Position numbers and translations under genes: made by a program. From IMG/VR virus record IMGVR_UViG_3300023223_000317, positions 1-36,254 of that record: 36,254 bases of DNA; one strand, given 5' to 3'. The stretch comes from a virus (taxonomy: Duplodnaviria > Caudoviricetes). Below the pieces are notes generated by a model. It was not told where the DNA came from, did no database searches, and saw only the letters and a program-made list of their open reading frames with translations. Numbering within the stretch: position 1 is the stretch's first letter; every line of letters starts with the position of its first letter. Of this stretch, positions 34,880-36,254 are shown one piece after another.

Positions 34880-35074
34880 CTATCTCGCTAGGGCGTCTTG
34901 GTGTATTTCTTCTAAGAATCCATCCAGAGTAGGCTTGTTATCTTCACTGAATTCATCACGGCAGGCATCAATAATCATCAAATACAGTCTAAATATCCTG
35001 CGATCATGATCAAACCCCTGAATTACCTCTCGCTTAATAATTCGTTTTACAAGCCACAGTTCAACAGTATTCAT
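34880..35074 (-). CDS. Hypothetical phage protein
   Basis: AGGTG SD; V.QG..H...EF.EDN.PT motif. Confidence 0.75.
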   Translation of the reverse strand: MNTVELWLVKRIIKREVIQGFDHDRRIFRLYLMIIDACRDEFSEDNKPTLDGFLEEIHQDALAR

Positions 35075-35117
35075 ATCTTCACCTATTAGTTAATATAACC
35101 GTGTATACCGATGGTTG

Positions 35118-35402
35118 TTATTCGTATAGTTTTGGAACGTTAGATTCGGGTCTAAGCCTTTTGTCTGCTTGGTATCTAGCCTTTCTCGCAGCTGCCCACC
35201 ATATCCAATGCCTGAATATAAGCCCGAAAGCATTACTATCATCAACATCAACAAACCACGCACCATTAGAAACCCATAATTCTCTACCCTCTCTATCGGC
35301 AGTACAGCAATGTCCGCATAAGGAATTATAACGAAATTCCCACTCTCCATTCCTGAGCTGCTGGATAACTATTTTCGCATTCTTAAATTTACTTACTTTC
35401 AT
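35118..35402 (-). CDS. Hypothetical protein
   Basis: GGAGAGGA SD. Confidence 0.7.
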   Translation of the reverse strand: MKVSKFKNAKIVIQQLRNGEWEFRYNSLCGHCCTADREGRELWVSNGAWFVDVDDSNAFGLIFRHWIWWAAARKARYQADKRLRPESNVPKLYE

Positions 35403-35425
35403 AATCCTCTCCTGCTGTATGGCCG

Positions 35426-36055
35426 TTAAACGGCTGAACGTAATTTATATGCTCTTAATAACAGAGCATGTTTTGCTAGCGGGTTTAGTTGTAATTGTGC
35501 GACTCGTTCTATTTCGTCAGCTTTTGCAGCTTTGTAGGCGGCTTCGGCTTCTTCTGGGGTTTTGTATAGGCCTAGGAACTTCTTTTTCCCATTAATTCTT
35601 AGGTCAGCTTGGAATAGTTTTTTTCTCTTGTGTAAACAGACACCTTTAGGATGCTTGCCTCTTTGTGCAGTTTGATTATTAAGCAATTTATTTGTGTGTT
35701 GATCGATAAACACGCAAGATTCTGCGCTGTATATTTTATTATCTGGAATGAGAATATCTTTATCTAAGCACATTCCTTCCCAGTATTTAGTTTTCATCCA
35801 TTTCTTAAAATTAGAAAATAGTAACCATTCGTCAGCTACAGTGCAGCCACGATACGTTGGCCATCTTTTTTGATATTTATCTGAATAGCATCTCTCTAGC
35901 ATGTTCACCCAGACTTGATAATACGGACACACGACCTGACTGCCACGCACAACCGGACTAGTTACATAATCAGAATCATTGATTCCGACTCCATAAAGAG
36001 ATTTTCGGAGAGAAATAGATATTTTATTAGCTGGTTTTTCTACGAATGAACTCAT
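35426..36055 (-). CDS. HNH homing-endonuclease-like protein with C-terminal AP2 DNA-binding domain
   Basis: YGVGIND...W.NMLERC...Y.GC.V..EW..FSNF..W...LDKDIL...YS.E.C.F; KKKFLGLY.TPEEA..AY. Confidence 0.88.
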   Translation of the reverse strand: MSSFVEKPANKISISLRKSLYGVGINDSDYVTSPVVRGSQVVCPYYQVWVNMLERCYSDKYQKRWPTYRGCTVADEWLLFSNFKKWMKTKYWEGMCLDKDILIPDNKIYSAESCVFIDQHTNKLLNNQTAQRGKHPKGVCLHKRKKLFQADLRINGKKKFLGLYKTPEEAEAAYKAAKADEIERVAQLQLNPLAKHALLLRAYKLRSAV

Positions 36056-36060
36056 AATAA

Positions 36061-36161
36061 TCCTCTTTGAACAATGCCCTGCTGATAATAACCGGCAAGG
36101 GGATGATCTAGGTGATCAGAACGGCTTAAGCACAAGGCTTCAGGGCACCGATCAAAGAGGA
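36061..36161 (-). promoter_or_regulatory. Leader hairpin sequestering the HNH-AP2 Shine-Dalgarno
   Basis: 10-bp stem TCCTCTTTGA (36061-36070)/TCAAAGAGGA (36152-36161) and inner TGCCCTG/CAGGGCA; the 3' arm on the minus strand contains AGAGGA 5 nt before the ATG. Confidence 0.7.
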
Positions 36162-36254
36162 CTAATTGCTTCCCCTATACTTTTTCGCTTATCAGAGCGA
36201 TCTGTATTAGAATATTCGCATGTAGAATAGTATGCAAGTATTATTTTATGGAGG
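36111..36254. repeat. Terminal direct repeat, right copy (144 bp)
   Basis: Identical to 1-144. Confidence 0.97.

Noticed and set aside
35090-35350. Alternative ORFs 35090..35350 (-) and 35101..35331 (+)
   Set aside because: Overlap 35118..35402, which has the strong SD and the operon context
1-36254. Stop-codon reassignment suggested by a phage-encoded release factor
   Set aside because: All core genes are intact in the standard code and TAA, TAG and TGA all act as stops with tight gene packing; the RF homologue lacks codon-recognition motifs; no suppressor tRNA seen

Overview
The window appears to be a complete tailed-phage genome of about 36.1 kb; nt 1-144 repeat exactly at 36111-36254, consistent with a circular assembly. 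It has a podovirus-type virion module: P22 gp3-like TerS, TerL, GNAT, head-tail connector, scaffold, major capsid, tail adaptor and nozzle, three ejection proteins, and a tail fibre with a C-terminal chaperone. It also has a lysis pair (holin plus DUF5675-like enzyme), a large polysaccharide-deacetylase-like protein, a lambdoid-style early region (back-to-back sigma70 promoters, Cro-like HTH, YqaJ exonuclease, DUF1367, Ref, VRR-NUC, HNH-AP2) and many small accessory ORFs. I recognise no integrase, CI repressor, DNA or RNA polymerase, primase or helicase. Four observations stand out: (1) a minimal GGQ release-factor homologue whose ORF lies in the loop of a long nested pairing within a promoter-driven structured region of about 950 nt, next to a divergent antitoxin-N-terminus-like ORF; (2) an R-STS-ExE ADP-ribosyltransferase domain inserted in the largest ejection protein; (3) a stand-alone multi-hairpin small RNA candidate carrying a 10-nt complement of the 16S rRNA 3' end; (4) cassette-like junction motifs (TGTAC; GTTA...TAAC inverted ends) among accessory genes. 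All family calls come from motif recognition by eye, and all RNA pairings were found by hand; no searches or folding programs were run.
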